This document shows, piece after piece, positions 25,138 to 37,700 of a stretch of DNA of 64,000 nt. A program made the position numbers and the translations under genes. Every line of letters starts with the position of its first letter. The stretch's first letter is position 1. A model generated the notes under the pieces. That model did not search any database. It was not told where the DNA came from and worked only from the letters and a program-made list of their open reading frames with translations. The DNA comes from Takakia lepidozioides. Taxonomy: Eukaryota > Plantae > Bryophyta. Location: the NCBI GenBank assembly GCA_030704615.1, contig CM060733.1:54746001-54810000 (forward strand). Direction: 5' to 3'.

Positions 25138-28100
25138 TGTCGCGGCCCTTTGCCTTGAGGGCAGGGGGTCGGGACACATGAGGGGCTGCCCCTGTGGTGG
25201 GGGCAGCGGCGGCGATAGGTATGGGGGGCTGAAGCACCCTTGAGTGCCCAAGGCACTCAAGGAGGCGGAGGCGCTCACTAGGTGGAGCCCCGCACACCGG
25301 GTTGCGGTGGAGGTGGCTCCACAAGGGGTGGTGGTAGCTTAGTGGGACTTAGTGGGGGTGGCATAGGACTCACCATGGGGTGGAGACCTCGAGGTGGGAG
25401 TCGTGGGGAGTCTTGGGACTCATCACGGTCCATTGGGGCCGCGGTGAGTGGGCCAAGACTCACCGCGACTCACCACCGGGAGTCGAGGGTTTTCGTGGTG
25501 GTTCGCCATAAAATGGCATGGCTGGTTATGAAACCCCCGCGGACAGCTACAGAAGTATATATAGGGAGTAGTAACCCCGAGAACGGTGCAAGCCCGTTGG
25601 TGACCAAAAACTAGTGAGTAAGCGAGCGAGCCGGAAAGCGACCAAAGAGTGGGGAGCTGTTCCGGACTGCCATCTACCAAAGGGAATTCTCCTAGTCCCA
25701 AATAGGTGGAGGGTTTGGAGGGAAGCGGAAGGGGACCGTTATGTCCCGGTGAGCAGCCGAAACTCCAAGTTGGCCCGGCGGCCAGGTTGGGAGTCAGGCG
25801 CGCGCATCCAAGCGAGTAACTATGACTTGAAGGGGAGTTTACCGAACTGAGGTGTGCGACACTTGGTATCAGAGCTTAGAGTTCAGTACGCGATCGTCCT
25901 TGGGATTGGCCTCATCATGGGGTCGGGCAAGCCGAAGCGAAAGCGGAACGGCCCAAAAGATGATGATCCCGGTGAGCCCGATGGGGGCGACGTGTCACCG
26001 AGGCGGCCGTTTGAGGAAGCGATTAATGTTTCCGAAAACGAGGCCGCTCAGGAGCGGGAGGAATCCGAGGAGTCGGAGCCCGAGGAATCTTTGAGAGCTC
26101 CGACAAACCAAGAGATGCCTCCCATGCCGGCAGCCTTTTGGGAAGGGTTGTTGGCGCAGTTTGGCGGGACGTTGAAAGACGTGTTGAAGGCGGCTAATGC
26201 CACTTCCACCAAGGCAAAGTTTAAGGTGAAGCCTAAGGAACCCGGCACCTTCGAGGGCGTTCGAAACCGGAAGGCACTCAACACCTGGCTCCTGGAGCTA
26301 GAGCAGTACTTCCGGGCGGCCAAGTTGAGTGACGAGGATCGGGTGGAAGTGGCTCCCACCTATTTGAGGGGCTATGCTCAACAATGGTGGCAGAAACGCC
26401 TTCACGACCGAGGCCCAAGCCCGGAAACCTTGAACTGGAGTGAGTTCAAGGAATTGATGAAGAGACAGTTTGTGCCCCTCAACGCATCCTGGCTTGCCCG
26501 GGACAAGATGAGGAATTTGAAGCAAACAGATGACATTCGGGGGTATGTCCAGGCTTTCAATGTGCTGTTGCTCGAAGTCGCGGACATGGCAGAACCAGAA
26601 ATGGTCTTCAACTTTGTGGCGGGACTGGCCCCATGGGCTAGGCGGAAGTTGGAGGAGAAGCCACCCAAGACTTTGAACGAGGCAATTGAGAGAGCTGAAT
26701 GTTTCTCGGATGTCCCTAGGGGTGAGAGACAAGGCCGTACGGAGCTGAACCACAAGAAGACCCGGCGGGAAGGTGACTCCTCCCGACCGGAAAAGAAGTG
26801 GGATAGGCCACGCGGCGAAAATGGCACGTGGAAATCGAAGGGAGGTCCTTCACACGTCAAGGCGGCACCCGGTGCTTCGAAAGGAAAAGCGGGTGGAGCG
26901 ACTTATGGCGGACAGAAGGCGACCTTTGATGGAGTGTGTTTCAATTGCGGGGAGCCCGGGCACATGGCCAAGAAGTGCACGAAGCCCCGGCAATTGAACA
27001 TGACTCGGGCGACCACGGAGCTGTCGGAAGATACCATCAGTCGCTTGGTGGAAGCGGTGGTCGCCAGGACTTGCAAGGTAGGCAAATTTTCTTGTGAGTT
27101 GTATCAGGAAACTGGCGCCTTACGAAAAGGGAGTCAGTTATTGTTCGTGGATGGGATAATATCCGGAACTAATGTATCGTTGTTGGTGGACACAGGAGCG
27201 TCGCACTCCTTCATGACGCCGGCGGCGGCGCGAAAGTTGGGACTCCCGACAAGTGACGTGGGGGCCTCTATTGAGGTGCGCTCTGCCAAAGGAGAACCTC
27301 AGTTGGCGACAAGGTTGGCGTTTGATGTTCCTCTTCAACTGGGGAGTTGGGAGGGACGTGAGAACTTCACTATCTGCGAGATCGATGGAGTGGATCTCAT
27401 TTTGGGAATGACCTTTTTGAGCAAATCCGGAGCGGTCATAGATGGCCGCAAGAGAGTAGTCACGCTGCCATGTGGGAATGGTGGCGAGGTTTTACGAGTG
27501 TCGGAAACGCCCAAATCCGTGGGAGGGCGAATAAACCTTCTATCAGCAAAGGAGTGGGCCGTGGAGGAGACACACGAGTCCCAGTTTTTGCTTTACATTA
27601 GAGAAGTGAAAGGAGAAGGCGATGGGGAGCCGAGCCCAGATTGGATCAAGGGGATTTTGGAGAAATACCAGGATGTGATGCCGGAGGATTTACCAAGCGG
27701 CTTGCCACCGCGAAGAGGAGTTGACCACAAAATTGAGGTGATACCGGGATCGGAACCGCCTGCCAAGGCGCCCTACCGGTTGAGCCACAAAGAGTTGGTC
27801 GAGCTGAAGACTCAGCTCAAAGATCTAATGTCAAAGGGGTACATCCGGCCGAGTAAGTCACCTTACGGAGCCCCGGTGCTATTTGCAGACAAGAAGGATG
27901 GGACGCTGCGGATGTGTGTCGATTACAGGGCTCTGAATAAGGTGACTATCAAAAACCGGTACCCTTTGCCAAGGATCGACGACCTCTTCGATCGGTTGGC
28001 AGGAGCGAAGTATTTCAGCCGGATCGACTTGCGCTCCGGCTATCACCAAATTCGGGTGGCGGAAGGAGATGAGGAGAAGACCGCGTGCAGGACAAGGTAT

Positions 28101-31100
28101 GGTTCATATGAGTTCTTGGTGATGCCTTTTGGGCTCACCAATGCACCAGCGACATTTAGCACGCTGATGAACAGCCTTTTCCAGGAGTGGTTGGATGACT
28201 TTGTGATCGTGTACATCGACGACATCTTGGTGTACTCGAAAACAAAGGAGGAGCACCTGGAGCACCTCAAAAGGGTGTTCCAAAAATTGCGAGAAGGGAA
28301 GCTGTATGCCAAAGCTTCAAAGTGCGAATTCGGGGTCACAAAAGTGGAGTTCTTGGGGCACGTGATTACACAGGATGGGATCAAAATGGATGACAGAAAG
28401 GTGAGGGCGATCTTGGACTGGGAGCCTCCGACTTCGGTCCCGGGAGTGCGATCCTTCCTAGGACTCGCCTCCTATTACCGGAAGTATGTGAGAAATTTCG
28501 CCAAGATCGCGGGGCCGCTGTCGGACCTTCTGTGTAAATCCAAAGTCTGGGTATGGAACACATTTTGTGGCCAAGCTTTTGCTGAATTGAAGCAGCGGAT
28601 GACGGAAGCTCCAGTCTTAAAAATCCCGGAGTTCGATCGTCCGTTTGAGATTCATACAGATGCATCGGACTTCGCAATTGGGGGTGTACTTATGCAAGAT
28701 GGACGTCCAGTGGCTTACGAAAGTAAGAAACTGAATGAAGTGGAGCGACGGTGGCCGACGCACGAAAAAGAGATGAAGGCGGTGGTACATTGCCTTGAAC
28801 TCTGGCGCCACTATGTTGGTTCCAACCCAGTGAAGGTGTTCACGGACAATGTCACGGTGAAGTATTTTGCCACGCAGCCCAAGTTGTCCCCAAAACAACT
28901 TAGGTGGCAAGATACTTTGGCAGTGTTCGACGTGGATATCCAGTACAAACCGGGACGGGACAATGTGGTGGCCGATGCTTTAAGTAGAAAGCAGCAGCTC
29001 TTGTTGGTGTACAAGGGCGAGACGGCGCTCCAAAGGAAGATCCGGAAGGCTTGCCGGAAGGATGAGCTGGCAAAGTGCGTGATGCAGAACTTGAGAATGG
29101 GGGTTAAATCGCAGTTCCACTTGCAAAACGGACTGCTCCGGTATAAGCAAAAACGTCTCTATGTGCCAAAGGGAGGGATCAGGGATAGTCTCTTGAGAGA
29201 ATGCCATGATAGCCCGCTTGCGGGCCACGGTGGAGCCAAGCGCACTGCGGCACTCTTGAAGAAAGAGTATTTCTGGCCCAAACTGAGGGAGGAGGCAGAG
29301 GAGTATGTTAAGACATGCACCACATGCCAACAAAACCGGAGCGAGTATAAAAAGCAAGCGGGGCTGTTACAACCCTTGCCGATTCCAGAGGGGACTTGGG
29401 AAAGCGTCTCGATGGATTTCATGACTGCTTTGCCGCTGTCAAAAGGATTCGATGCAATCATGGTGGTGGTAGATAGGTTCAGTAAAATGGCCCATTTCAT
29501 CCCCACCAAGGAGACGGCAACTGCGCAGGAGACAGGGCGACTTTACTTCGCCCACGTCTTAAAGCATCATGGAGTCCCGAAGGATATTGTCTCGGACCGC
29601 GATCCAAAGTTTACGAGTAAATTCTGGAGAGCACTTTGGAAGAAGATGGGGACGAGGCTGAAGATGAGCACCGCCTTCCGACCTACGACGGACGGCCAAA
29701 CGGAAAGAGTGAATTCCGTAGTGAAGCAATTCTTGCGGAATTACGTGTCGGCAGACCAATCAGACTGGATGGAACACTTAGACGCGGCAGAGTTCTGTTA
29801 TAATAACACAGAACACTCCGCGACGGGAGTTTCCCCTTTTGTGTTGGTCTATGGAAAAGCACCTCTGGTGCCGACAAGTTGGGCCGCCCAGGACGTTGAG
29901 GAACCGGCAGTAGCGGCGGTACTGGAAGAACGCGAGCGTTTGTTGAAGCTCGCAAAGTACAACATTGCCAAAGCTAGGAAACGGTATGAAAGGCAGGCGA
30001 ATCGGAAGCGGAGGGAAGTGAAGTTTGAGGCAGGCACAGAGGTCTGGTTGAACATCAAGAATTTTCGACTACCTCCGGAAATGAGTCCGAAGTTCGTACC
30101 TCCGTATGCGGGTCCCTTTCGCATTCGGAGGGTTATGAATGAGGATGTGTATGAATTGGAGCTGCCAGCAAACAGCAAGGTGCACCCAGTATTCCATGTC
30201 TCCCTTTTGAAGCCTTACTTCAAAGATGAAGCACGTCCGAATCGGCAGCAAGTGTTGCGTCCGCCACCTATGCTGTTGGATCATGAAAATGAACCCGAGT
30301 ACGAGGTGGAGGCAATACTTAAGTCGAGGAGGTTCAAGAACCGAGAAACGGAGTATCTCGTCAAATGGAAGGGCTATCATCTTGTGGAGGCATCTTGGGT
30401 GCGTGCCTCAGAAATGGGAAACGCATCCGAGGCAGTTGCAGCGTTCGAAGGGCGACCTCAAAAGCGGAAGAAGCGTTGATGGGGACATCAACCTTGGAGC
30501 GTGGGGGAGGAAATGCATGCTTAGCCCGGTTTAGCTAGCTCAGGAATCCGATTGCAAAAACTTGTATTGTACAAAAATTTGTGATAAAGGAAATGGGTTC
30601 CAAATATTGTGCGTCCTATTGTGTTTGGAATGGTGATGCATGGTGTGGTTGGCTGGTGTGTAGAATGCATGCTAGCTTACAAAAGTGGGAGAGGTAAATT
30701 GGGTTAATCGTGTGTTTGCGCAGTGCCGAAATCGGGTGACTCCCATCCAAGGGGCAAGGAAACTTGCGCCTTATTTGGGAGTTCAAGTGCTAGTGCGCAC
30801 CTGGCGCGTGCGCGTACTATAACTGCGCTACCGAGGGGGTTGCCTTGTAGTGCGGGCTAACGCGGAAGCTACGTGCTTCCGTTCACGTACTATAACCGTG
30901 TAGCCTCGGGACGAAGTCGTAGTGCGGCTTCGGCGTGTTCCCGTACCTCAGGCCAGCATTCCAAGGCGGACCCAATTGTAGTGATTGGGGCGCACGGTTG
31001 GTTCAAGGTTATCTTCCTAGTCAAAGAGGGTTTCAGGTGAACCCTTGCTCAAGGTGATGCCAAAAGCGGCATCATGAGCGATCGCAAGCAATGTTGTTGC

Positions 31101-32109
31101 AGTAAGGCGATTCGATCCTCGGGGAGGATCGTTCCTTGGCCTTGAAGTAGGCCAAGAAGAGTGCACTGGGAGGAGCTGGAGAGGCTCCACCCTTGGCCGG
31201 GACTTGGAGGAAGTCGGCCGAACTAGCTAGTGGAGAGTGGAGTCAAGTGTGGGGTTTGGTTCTTTGCCATGGGACGCCATGGTACGGAAACAAACTCCTT
31301 GATGTGGGACGCCACAACTTGGATGTTCGTTTCTACAAAATGGACAAGTCGATGAGGACATCGACTCCCTGTTGGTAGGGGTGTGTGTCGCGGCCCTTTG
31401 CCTTGAGGGCAGGGGGTCGGGACACATGAGGGGCTGCCCCTGTGGTGGGGGCAGCGGCGGCGATAGGTATGGGGGGCTGAAGCACCCTTGAGTGCCCAAG
31501 GCACTCAAGGAGGCGGAGGCGCTCACTAGGTGGAGCCCCGCACACCGGGTTGCGGTGGAGGTGGCTCCACAAGGGGTGGTGGTAGCTTAGTGGGACTTAG
31601 TGGGGGTGGCATAGGACTCACCATGGGGTGGAGACCTCGAGGTGGGAGTCGTGGGGAGTCTTGGGACTCATCACGGTCCATTGGGGCCGCGGTGAGTGGG
31701 CCAAGACTCACCGCGACTCACCACCGGGAGTCGAGGGTTTTCGTGGTGGTTCGCCATAAAATGGCATGGCTGGTTATGAAACCCCCGCGGACAGCTACAG
31801 AAGTATATATAGGGAGTAGTAACCCCGAGAACGGTGCAAGCCCGTTGGTGACCAAAAACTAGTGAGTAAGCGAGCGAGCCGGAAAGCGACCAAAGAGTGG
31901 GGAGCTGTTCCGGACTGCCATCTACCAAAGGGAATTCTCCTAGTCCCAAATAGGTGGAGGGTTTGGAGGGAAGCGGAAGGGGACCGTTATGTCCCGGTGA
32001 GCAGCCGAAACTCCAAGTTGGCCCGGCGGCCAGGTTGGGAGTCAGGCGCGCGCATCCAAGCGAGTAACTATGACTTGAAGGGGAGTTTACCGAACTGAGG
32101 TGTGCGACA
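25138..32109 (+). mobile_element. Full-length Ty3/Gypsy chromovirus LTR retrotransposon (Galadriel-like), very young
   Basis: LTRs 25138-25861 and 31386-32109 (724 bp each, TGTCGC...GCGACA). 5-bp TSD GTGGC at 25133-25137 and 32110-32114. tRNA-iMet PBS TGGTATCAGAGC just after the 5' LTR. G-rich tract before the 3' LTR. Clade assignment is tentative. Confidence 0.97.
25917..30479 (+). CDS. Gag-Pol polyprotein (Gag, zinc knuckle, protease, RT, RNase H, integrase, chromodomain)
   Basis: Uninterrupted ORF, first ATG at 25917. Motifs [49 protein letters not shown], and chromodomain YEVEAIL...YLVKWKGY...SW. Confidence 0.97.
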   Translation: MGSGKPKRKRNGPKDDDPGEPDGGDVSPRRPFEEAINVSENEAAQEREESEESEPEESLRAPTNQEMPPMPAAFWEGLLAQFGGTLKDVLKAANATSTKAKFKVKPKEPGTFEGVRNRKALNTWLLELEQYFRAAKLSDEDRVEVAPTYLRGYAQQWWQKRLHDRGPSPETLNWSEFKELMKRQFVPLNASWLARDKMRNLKQTDDIRGYVQAFNVLLLEVADMAEPEMVFNFVAGLAPWARRKLEEKPPKTLNEAIERAECFSDVPRGERQGRTELNHKKTRREGDSSRPEKKWDRPRGENGTWKSKGGPSHVKAAPGASKGKAGGATYGGQKATFDGVCFNCGEPGHMAKKCTKPRQLNMTRATTELSEDTISRLVEAVVARTCKVGKFSCELYQETGALRKGSQLLFVDGIISGTNVSLLVDTGASHSFMTPAAARKLGLPTSDVGASIEVRSAKGEPQLATRLAFDVPLQLGSWEGRENFTICEIDGVDLILGMTFLSKSGAVIDGRKRVVTLPCGNGGEVLRVSETPKSVGGRINLLSAKEWAVEETHESQFLLYIREVKGEGDGEPSPDWIKGILEKYQDVMPEDLPSGLPPRRGVDHKIEVIPGSEPPAKAPYRLSHKELVELKTQLKDLMSKGYIRPSKSPYGAPVLFADKKDGTLRMCVDYRALNKVTIKNRYPLPRIDDLFDRLAGAKYFSRIDLRSGYHQIRVAEGDEEKTACRTRYGSYEFLVMPFGLTNAPATFSTLMNSLFQEWLDDFVIVYIDDILVYSKTKEEHLEHLKRVFQKLREGKLYAKASKCEFGVTKVEFLGHVITQDGIKMDDRKVRAILDWEPPTSVPGVRSFLGLASYYRKYVRNFAKIAGPLSDLLCKSKVWVWNTFCGQAFAELKQRMTEAPVLKIPEFDRPFEIHTDASDFAIGGVLMQDGRPVAYESKKLNEVERRWPTHEKEMKAVVHCLELWRHYVGSNPVKVFTDNVTVKYFATQPKLSPKQLRWQDTLAVFDVDIQYKPGRDNVVADALSRKQQLLLVYKGETALQRKIRKACRKDELAKCVMQNLRMGVKSQFHLQNGLLRYKQKRLYVPKGGIRDSLLRECHDSPLAGHGGAKRTAALLKKEYFWPKLREEAEEYVKTCTTCQQNRSEYKKQAGLLQPLPIPEGTWESVSMDFMTALPLSKGFDAIMVVVDRFSKMAHFIPTKETATAQETGRLYFAHVLKHHGVPKDIVSDRDPKFTSKFWRALWKKMGTRLKMSTAFRPTTDGQTERVNSVVKQFLRNYVSADQSDWMEHLDAAEFCYNNTEHSATGVSPFVLVYGKAPLVPTSWAAQDVEEPAVAAVLEERERLLKLAKYNIAKARKRYERQANRKRREVKFEAGTEVWLNIKNFRLPPEMSPKFVPPYAGPFRIRRVMNEDVYELELPANSKVHPVFHVSLLKPYFKDEARPNRQQVLRPPPMLLDHENEPEYEVEAILKSRRFKNRETEYLVKWKGYHLVEASWVRASEMGNASEAVAAFEGRPQKRKKR

Positions 32110-34397
32110 GTGGCTCTGTGCAAGGCTTCGTGGGCCAGCAAGATATTGTCAAGGATCATGCGATCTTTCAGGAACCCTGCCTGGTCCTTCCTGATGATGG
32201 ATGGCAGCAGTGGTTGTAACCTCAAAGCCAAAGCCTTTGCAATTATCTTGTAGGTGGAGTTGAGAAGCGTAATGGGGCGGTAGTTGGCCATGGTATCCCT
32301 TTCTCTTTTCTTGAAAATCAGAGTAATGAGCCCTTCCGAGATCTGGGATGGCATCACCTTTTAATCGAAGATGTCATTGGCCATTAGCAGGAATTCATGA
32401 CTTATTGTTCCCCACATGGCCTTGAGGAACTCAATTGGCAGACTGTCCAGCCCAGGTGATTTGTTTGAAGCCATGTTTTCCACCGCCTCTCCCAGTTCTC
32501 TCTTTGTAAATGGGGCTGCGAGTGTGTTCCTGTCCATGTCACCAAGAGCCTCTGGGATTAGTAAAGCTCTCGCCTGATCTATGGAGGCCGAGGGGGGCTG
32601 GCATTGAAATAGCTGCCCAAAGAACCTTGCTGCCAGCGTTGCCATGTTCCTAGGGTTGTCTGTTGGCAGTCCTGTATCCGGGTCTTTCAATGCAGGCAAT
32701 GCGGTAGCAGCTCTCCTTTGCGCGGCTTTGGCGAAGAAGTACTTGTTTATCTTTTCGCCTTTCAACGACCAATTAACATCCGATTTGATTCTGATGAAGC
32801 TTTCATTGGCATGTAGCAGCAGCGACAAGTTTCTTTTAGCTGTGTTGTAGGAGATCAGCGTCTGAGGCCCTTCACGGCCTGCCTGAAGTTGATACTGACA
32901 CACTCGCAAACATTTGGTGAGAGCTTTTTGTTTTCTGGATCTCTCCTTGGCCTGCTCCATGGAGATTTCCTGACAACACTTTCTGACTAGTTTGAGCTTA
33001 GATAGGTAAATCAGTGTTGGAGAGGAATAGGGGAGGGTAGCAGATCGCCAGGCATTGGCGCCTGGGGTACCGAGCAGCATTAAGATTGCAGAGTGATCAA
33101 AGCCAAGTTGTATGGGATCAATGGGAGCCCTTTTCATCCACTGCAAGAGAGAGGCAGTGCAATAAAACATGTCTAGTCTGGCTTGACACAAGTTAGGAGG
33201 ACTTCTATTGTTAGACCAGGTGAACTTTAGTTCACCTGACTGGGGCCAGTAGCATCAAGCAATCCAATAGTGAAACAAAGGGAATCCCAGGAGTTTTTTT
33301 CAGCAGCAGACAAGGCATGAGCAGAAGGGCCGAGGCGGTCATCTTCATCCTCCACCATGTTGAAATCCCCCCCTACGAGCCAATGCTGAATATCGGGGAA
33401 TTGCAAAAGTTTATTTCTTATGAGATCCCACAAAGCCACCCTTTTATCAATGTCATTTGGTGCATATATGTTCAAGATACCTAGCCTACCCAACGATTGC
33501 CCTATGTTGAAGGAGACGAATTGCACCCTTTTTATTGAAGAAGTCTCTGGCCCACAGTCTGATTCTCGCTCTTTTTGGAGCCGAATGTTCAGAGCCCAGG
33601 CCTCTTACATTCCAACTGCAAAAAGAGAGATTCATGGGGGGGGGGGAGGCCCATGGGTACTCCATGATTTGATGGCCAAGTTGTCGTGAAAGTGTACTTG
33701 GTGCGCCTATCCGAGGGAGGAAGCGTGGAGACCCACTTGAAGCCTAATGGTGGGGGGAGGAGAGTTGGCAGTTTCCAGAGGTAAACTAACTGAGATCTCT
33801 TCCGTTTGCTGCTGCATCCTAGGTGAACAAATTGGTTTGTATTACCCTTGTGAAGTGAGAGCCCTGCCCTGGAGGGTTCCCAAGACAAAGTGCAAGAGAG
33901 GGGGAGGATGGAGGAAGGGGAGGATGGGGGGTTTTGGGTGTCCCACCAGCCTGGGAGCAACTTGTGTTGACTGGCGTGGCAGTCAAGGACCAGGGTCCAC
34001 ACCCTTTTATGGTCCGAGGCCTGGGGCACAAAGAAGAGGATTGGAGAGACAGTGGAGATAGGAAGGGGGGGAGTTGGGGGGGGGAGTTGGGGAGGGGAGT
34101 AAGCATGCAAAGCGATGCTTACCGCTGGAGGGGAGTCAACTAATGTCTCCTCCGGCAGAAGAAAAGTAATGGAATGATCCGGCACCGCGCTTGAGGATGC
34201 AACAAATTGTCTGTCCACGTGAAGCACCAGCTCTCTGTTGGTGTTGATCATTTGTTGGGGAAACTTATTCTTGGGCTTGTGCAGGTTGTAGTGCTCCTCC
34301 ACAAGCTTGAGTCCTTTAGCGAAGATCTTGGCACTTCGCGCACTCATATGGGTCTTTGACTCTGCAAGACAATAGGTCAAATCTTTGATAAAGTCAT
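32110..34397 (-). mobile_element. L1-type LINE 5' part (ORF1 remnant, APE endonuclease, RT N-terminus), degenerate
   Basis: NIYAPN, GGDFN, RLDMFY, FDH (SDH-like), KSPGLDS, NYRPITLLN and QAGFL motifs. Reads through to 25137 when the Gypsy is removed (HRA-TLNHQPLAFLMLDFEK). Confidence 0.88.
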
Positions 34398-34591
34398 TGT
34401 AAAGAATATGTCAAACCTAGGAAGGTTGACTTTAGGAAGCTTTGACTTGAGGCTCTCAAGTCAAACCTTTAAAATAATCATATTGTGAAGGATATATAAA
34501 CCTGCAATGAAAGCCTAGAAGGCATCAAGTTGTTTTGGGAAAAAATTGAGAAGTACTTTTATTCTAGTTTGTGTAGATCCTGGGTGTTACA
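34398..34591 (+). mobile_element. Short solo-LTR-like fragment related to the LTRs at 40409-40529 and 45350-45695
   Basis: TGTAA...TGTTACA ends. Shares the TTGACTTGAG-nnn-CTCAAGTCAA hairpin and ATATGTCAAACCT with the other LTRs in opposite orientation. Flanks GTCAT and TCGAC do not match. Confidence 0.6.
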
Positions 34592-34774
34592 TCGACAAAA
34601 ACATACCGGACGGCGAAAGACCCATCACCGGGGGAATCGGCGGCGAAACCTCATCCGGCTTGGAGCAAGTGCCGCCAAAGCTGGTACTCATTCTCCGCCT
34701 CTGCTTTCCTTCCTGCATTCCATTGCGAAACACTTCCAATGAATTAATAATTATTTCCTAATGGGCAGGATTAT

Positions 34775-37700
34775 ATGATCTATCCACCACACGACTATTC
34801 CCAAGCTGTCAATCCCACGGATTTCTTTGCTCTTCCAATGGGTCCAAATGGATGTCAGCCCGGATATTATGTCCTGGTTCTGGATGTCGGGTTCCTATGT
34901 GAGGCCTACCTTCAGAATGGGCCAAAAATCCCTCCCGCAACACAGCCTTGTATCTTCGTTGGAAGATTTAAGTTAGCAATGCGACATTAGGTGGGAGAGT
35001 TCCTCAAATGGGTCGTCAAGAAGTTTTGGGTCATCTTATGGAACACTGGCAAAGAAGAGACTGTCGTGGATTTCAAATCAGCCTTGTTCGGGAGGAACGC
35101 CCACAAGGTCATGCAATACAGTTCCGACCAATGTGTGGAACATAGACTTACTTTCAACACATACTGGCCTACACTACCTAAGGCCCCAATCTACTTCAAA
35201 CGACTTTACGACTTGTTTGTAAACCCCGACTCTAAAGCCTATCTGGTCTAACACCCTGCTTATCGACGTCGTTGGGAACATGTACAAGTCTTTCCTCAAT
35301 CCTCCGAGCCTGATCATCTTCCTATCTAAATACGAAGCACTTGTAGATCCATACAAGGATGATTTTCTGATGGGTCATCTGAAGCCCCACTTGGAGAAGT
35401 TGAGGCATTAAAAAATGGACGTGTACTTGGGCCTTCAATGAGCAGATTCCTTTTGGAATACCTAAGGATATCTACTTTCAGGATGCTAGAGTGAAATTCA
35501 TTAATCGCTGGGACTTTCCATGGCCTAAGAACGAGGAATGGGATGCACATCTAAAGTACCTAGAGGCCCTGGAAGTGGAACATGGGATATTAAAGTGACT
35601 AGTTTTGAGAATGTATTCGGATTCTGAGGTCATTGAGTTCCTTATCTGTTCATGGGATTTTTCTTTTCTTGATTTACTTAAGTGTCTTTATCACTTCTTC
35701 ACAGATCCGACAACCTGGATCTCCACCTGTGAGGGGAACTCGTTTGATAATTTTTGAAGTTAATGGAGTGTTATGCAAAATAACGAAGCGCCAGAGCCCA
35801 GGACCTGCTCCATGTTTTTCGGAATCTGATTACAACATTCCTGCTATTGTTGGGTATCGGCAAATTTTTAGACGGAAGATGTACCGAGAAATTTGGCAAG
35901 AGTTACACAAACACTTCATTTTAGGTATTTGGAGCTGCATGGTGCTTAAAAACTTAAATGTCGTTCTGAATTTGTTCCTACGTGGTCTTCCACGGCCAGT
36001 GTTCATCATGTCGCATGAGGATTGTATCATTTGCCCAAACAAACTGCACCCAAATTACCAAACGGGACAAGATCAACCTCCTGTGTTCTTGAAACCACTC
36101 CTTAAAGTATGACAGAGTTCTGAAGGTTTTTACAATCAGAGTAACACTCTGTTGATTAATGATACGGCTTTGAAGTGTTTGCTGAACCCTCCTGAATCTT
36201 GTCTTCTTCTCAAGTCTTTTGAGAACATCGACATCGACGATTTCTTCCTTCTCAAACTTAGAGATTTCTTACCTAGCTTCTTGAAATTTGAGAACGTCTC
36301 AAGCTTCTTGAAAGCAAGGAGAATAGGATTTCCACCTTTCAAAGTTAACGATCCACAGTTCAAGCCTCTTCTTGACTATATTGACAATTTACAATATCGT
36401 GATTTTCGAGTAAATGATAAGTAAATATTCGCGTCTTACTGTGGACACAATTTACTATTTAAAATTGATTGTGAAGACCATGGAATTTCAGGCTTCTTCT
36501 GATATTCTTTTGCTTTGCATGGAAATTATTATATTATCAAACCATATGTAACGGTCAATGGATTCGTTGTTCCTTTATGTCCTTCGATTTCTTTTCGGAA
36601 CCACGCGTGGTCACGCGTTCTTCCAACTCAACTTTGCTGACATATATTTCATTTGCAGGTATGCCCATATCTATATGTTCTCCATGCCACAAATGCATCT
36701 TCAATTGGCGAAACAATATCGTCTAATATTTGTTGACGATGTAGAAATGATCAGACCAGAAGCTTTCCAAGGACCTGACAACTTGTTGTCTACTCAGGCA
36801 TCCATTGTTGTTATAGAGAGTGATCCCATCAGTGTTTCGGATGTTGTTTCGAGGCTCAAAATGTCAAAAGGTGAATCCACCGTTAGCAGGGTCGATGATT
36901 TAACTGGGGTTGGCTGCATAGTGGAAAGCGACTCTCAATATCTTGGGGAATCCTCTTTGGAGCCGTCCTTTTCCCAACACTTTCCACCAGACGCCGTCAC
37001 GGGGCATCTACATGAGTCTACCGAACAATTGATTGCAACTATCGCTCAACTGCCTCCTCATCATGTCATAATTCCAAGCGGGCCACCGGATCACGAGGGT
37101 TGGACACCTCAGTTGCTGAGAAGTCAGGTGATTTAATTCTATTTCATCCATGCGTTTTATTGTTACCGTGTTTATGTTCATCCTCTGATTTTCTCTCTTT
37201 ACTCCAGGCTAGAAAAGCTGCAACGTATGACCTTCATGTGAAGCGGCAACTTCTGTGGGGTTGTATTCCAAGGTAATCATTTTTTTTTCCGTTTGAATAT
37301 GGTTAAGGATGTGCAGAAAGAAAGAAACCAAATTCCATTGCCAACTGTCAGCGAGAAGGTTATTGAACTCACTCATTCGCCGACTGAAGTCAGCACACCG
37401 ACAAGACCGGAATATATTTTTGCACATCCTCAACCCCCCAGAATTTCGGATAGTCATGTGTCAAGGAAACGTCACAGATCACAACAGTCAGCGGCGGTCG
37501 TGTCCGACGATGAAGAAACAACATCTAACGTTCTGTTATCCCTTCAACATTCATCTGTCTCCAGTGGTAACCCGCCTCAGAATCGAAGGGTAAATCTAGC
37601 AAAGATAATAAGTATCACCTTCACTTGGTCCTCTGTCTTATTGGTTATGGCTTCCTAGTAATCATTACATATATCATTTACATTGTCGACACAACTTTAC

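Noticed and set aside
25066-25850. Short Pro/Gly-rich ORFs in the LTRs (repeated at 31.2-32.1 kb)
   Set aside because: By-products of GC-rich LTR sequence with no recognisable domain.
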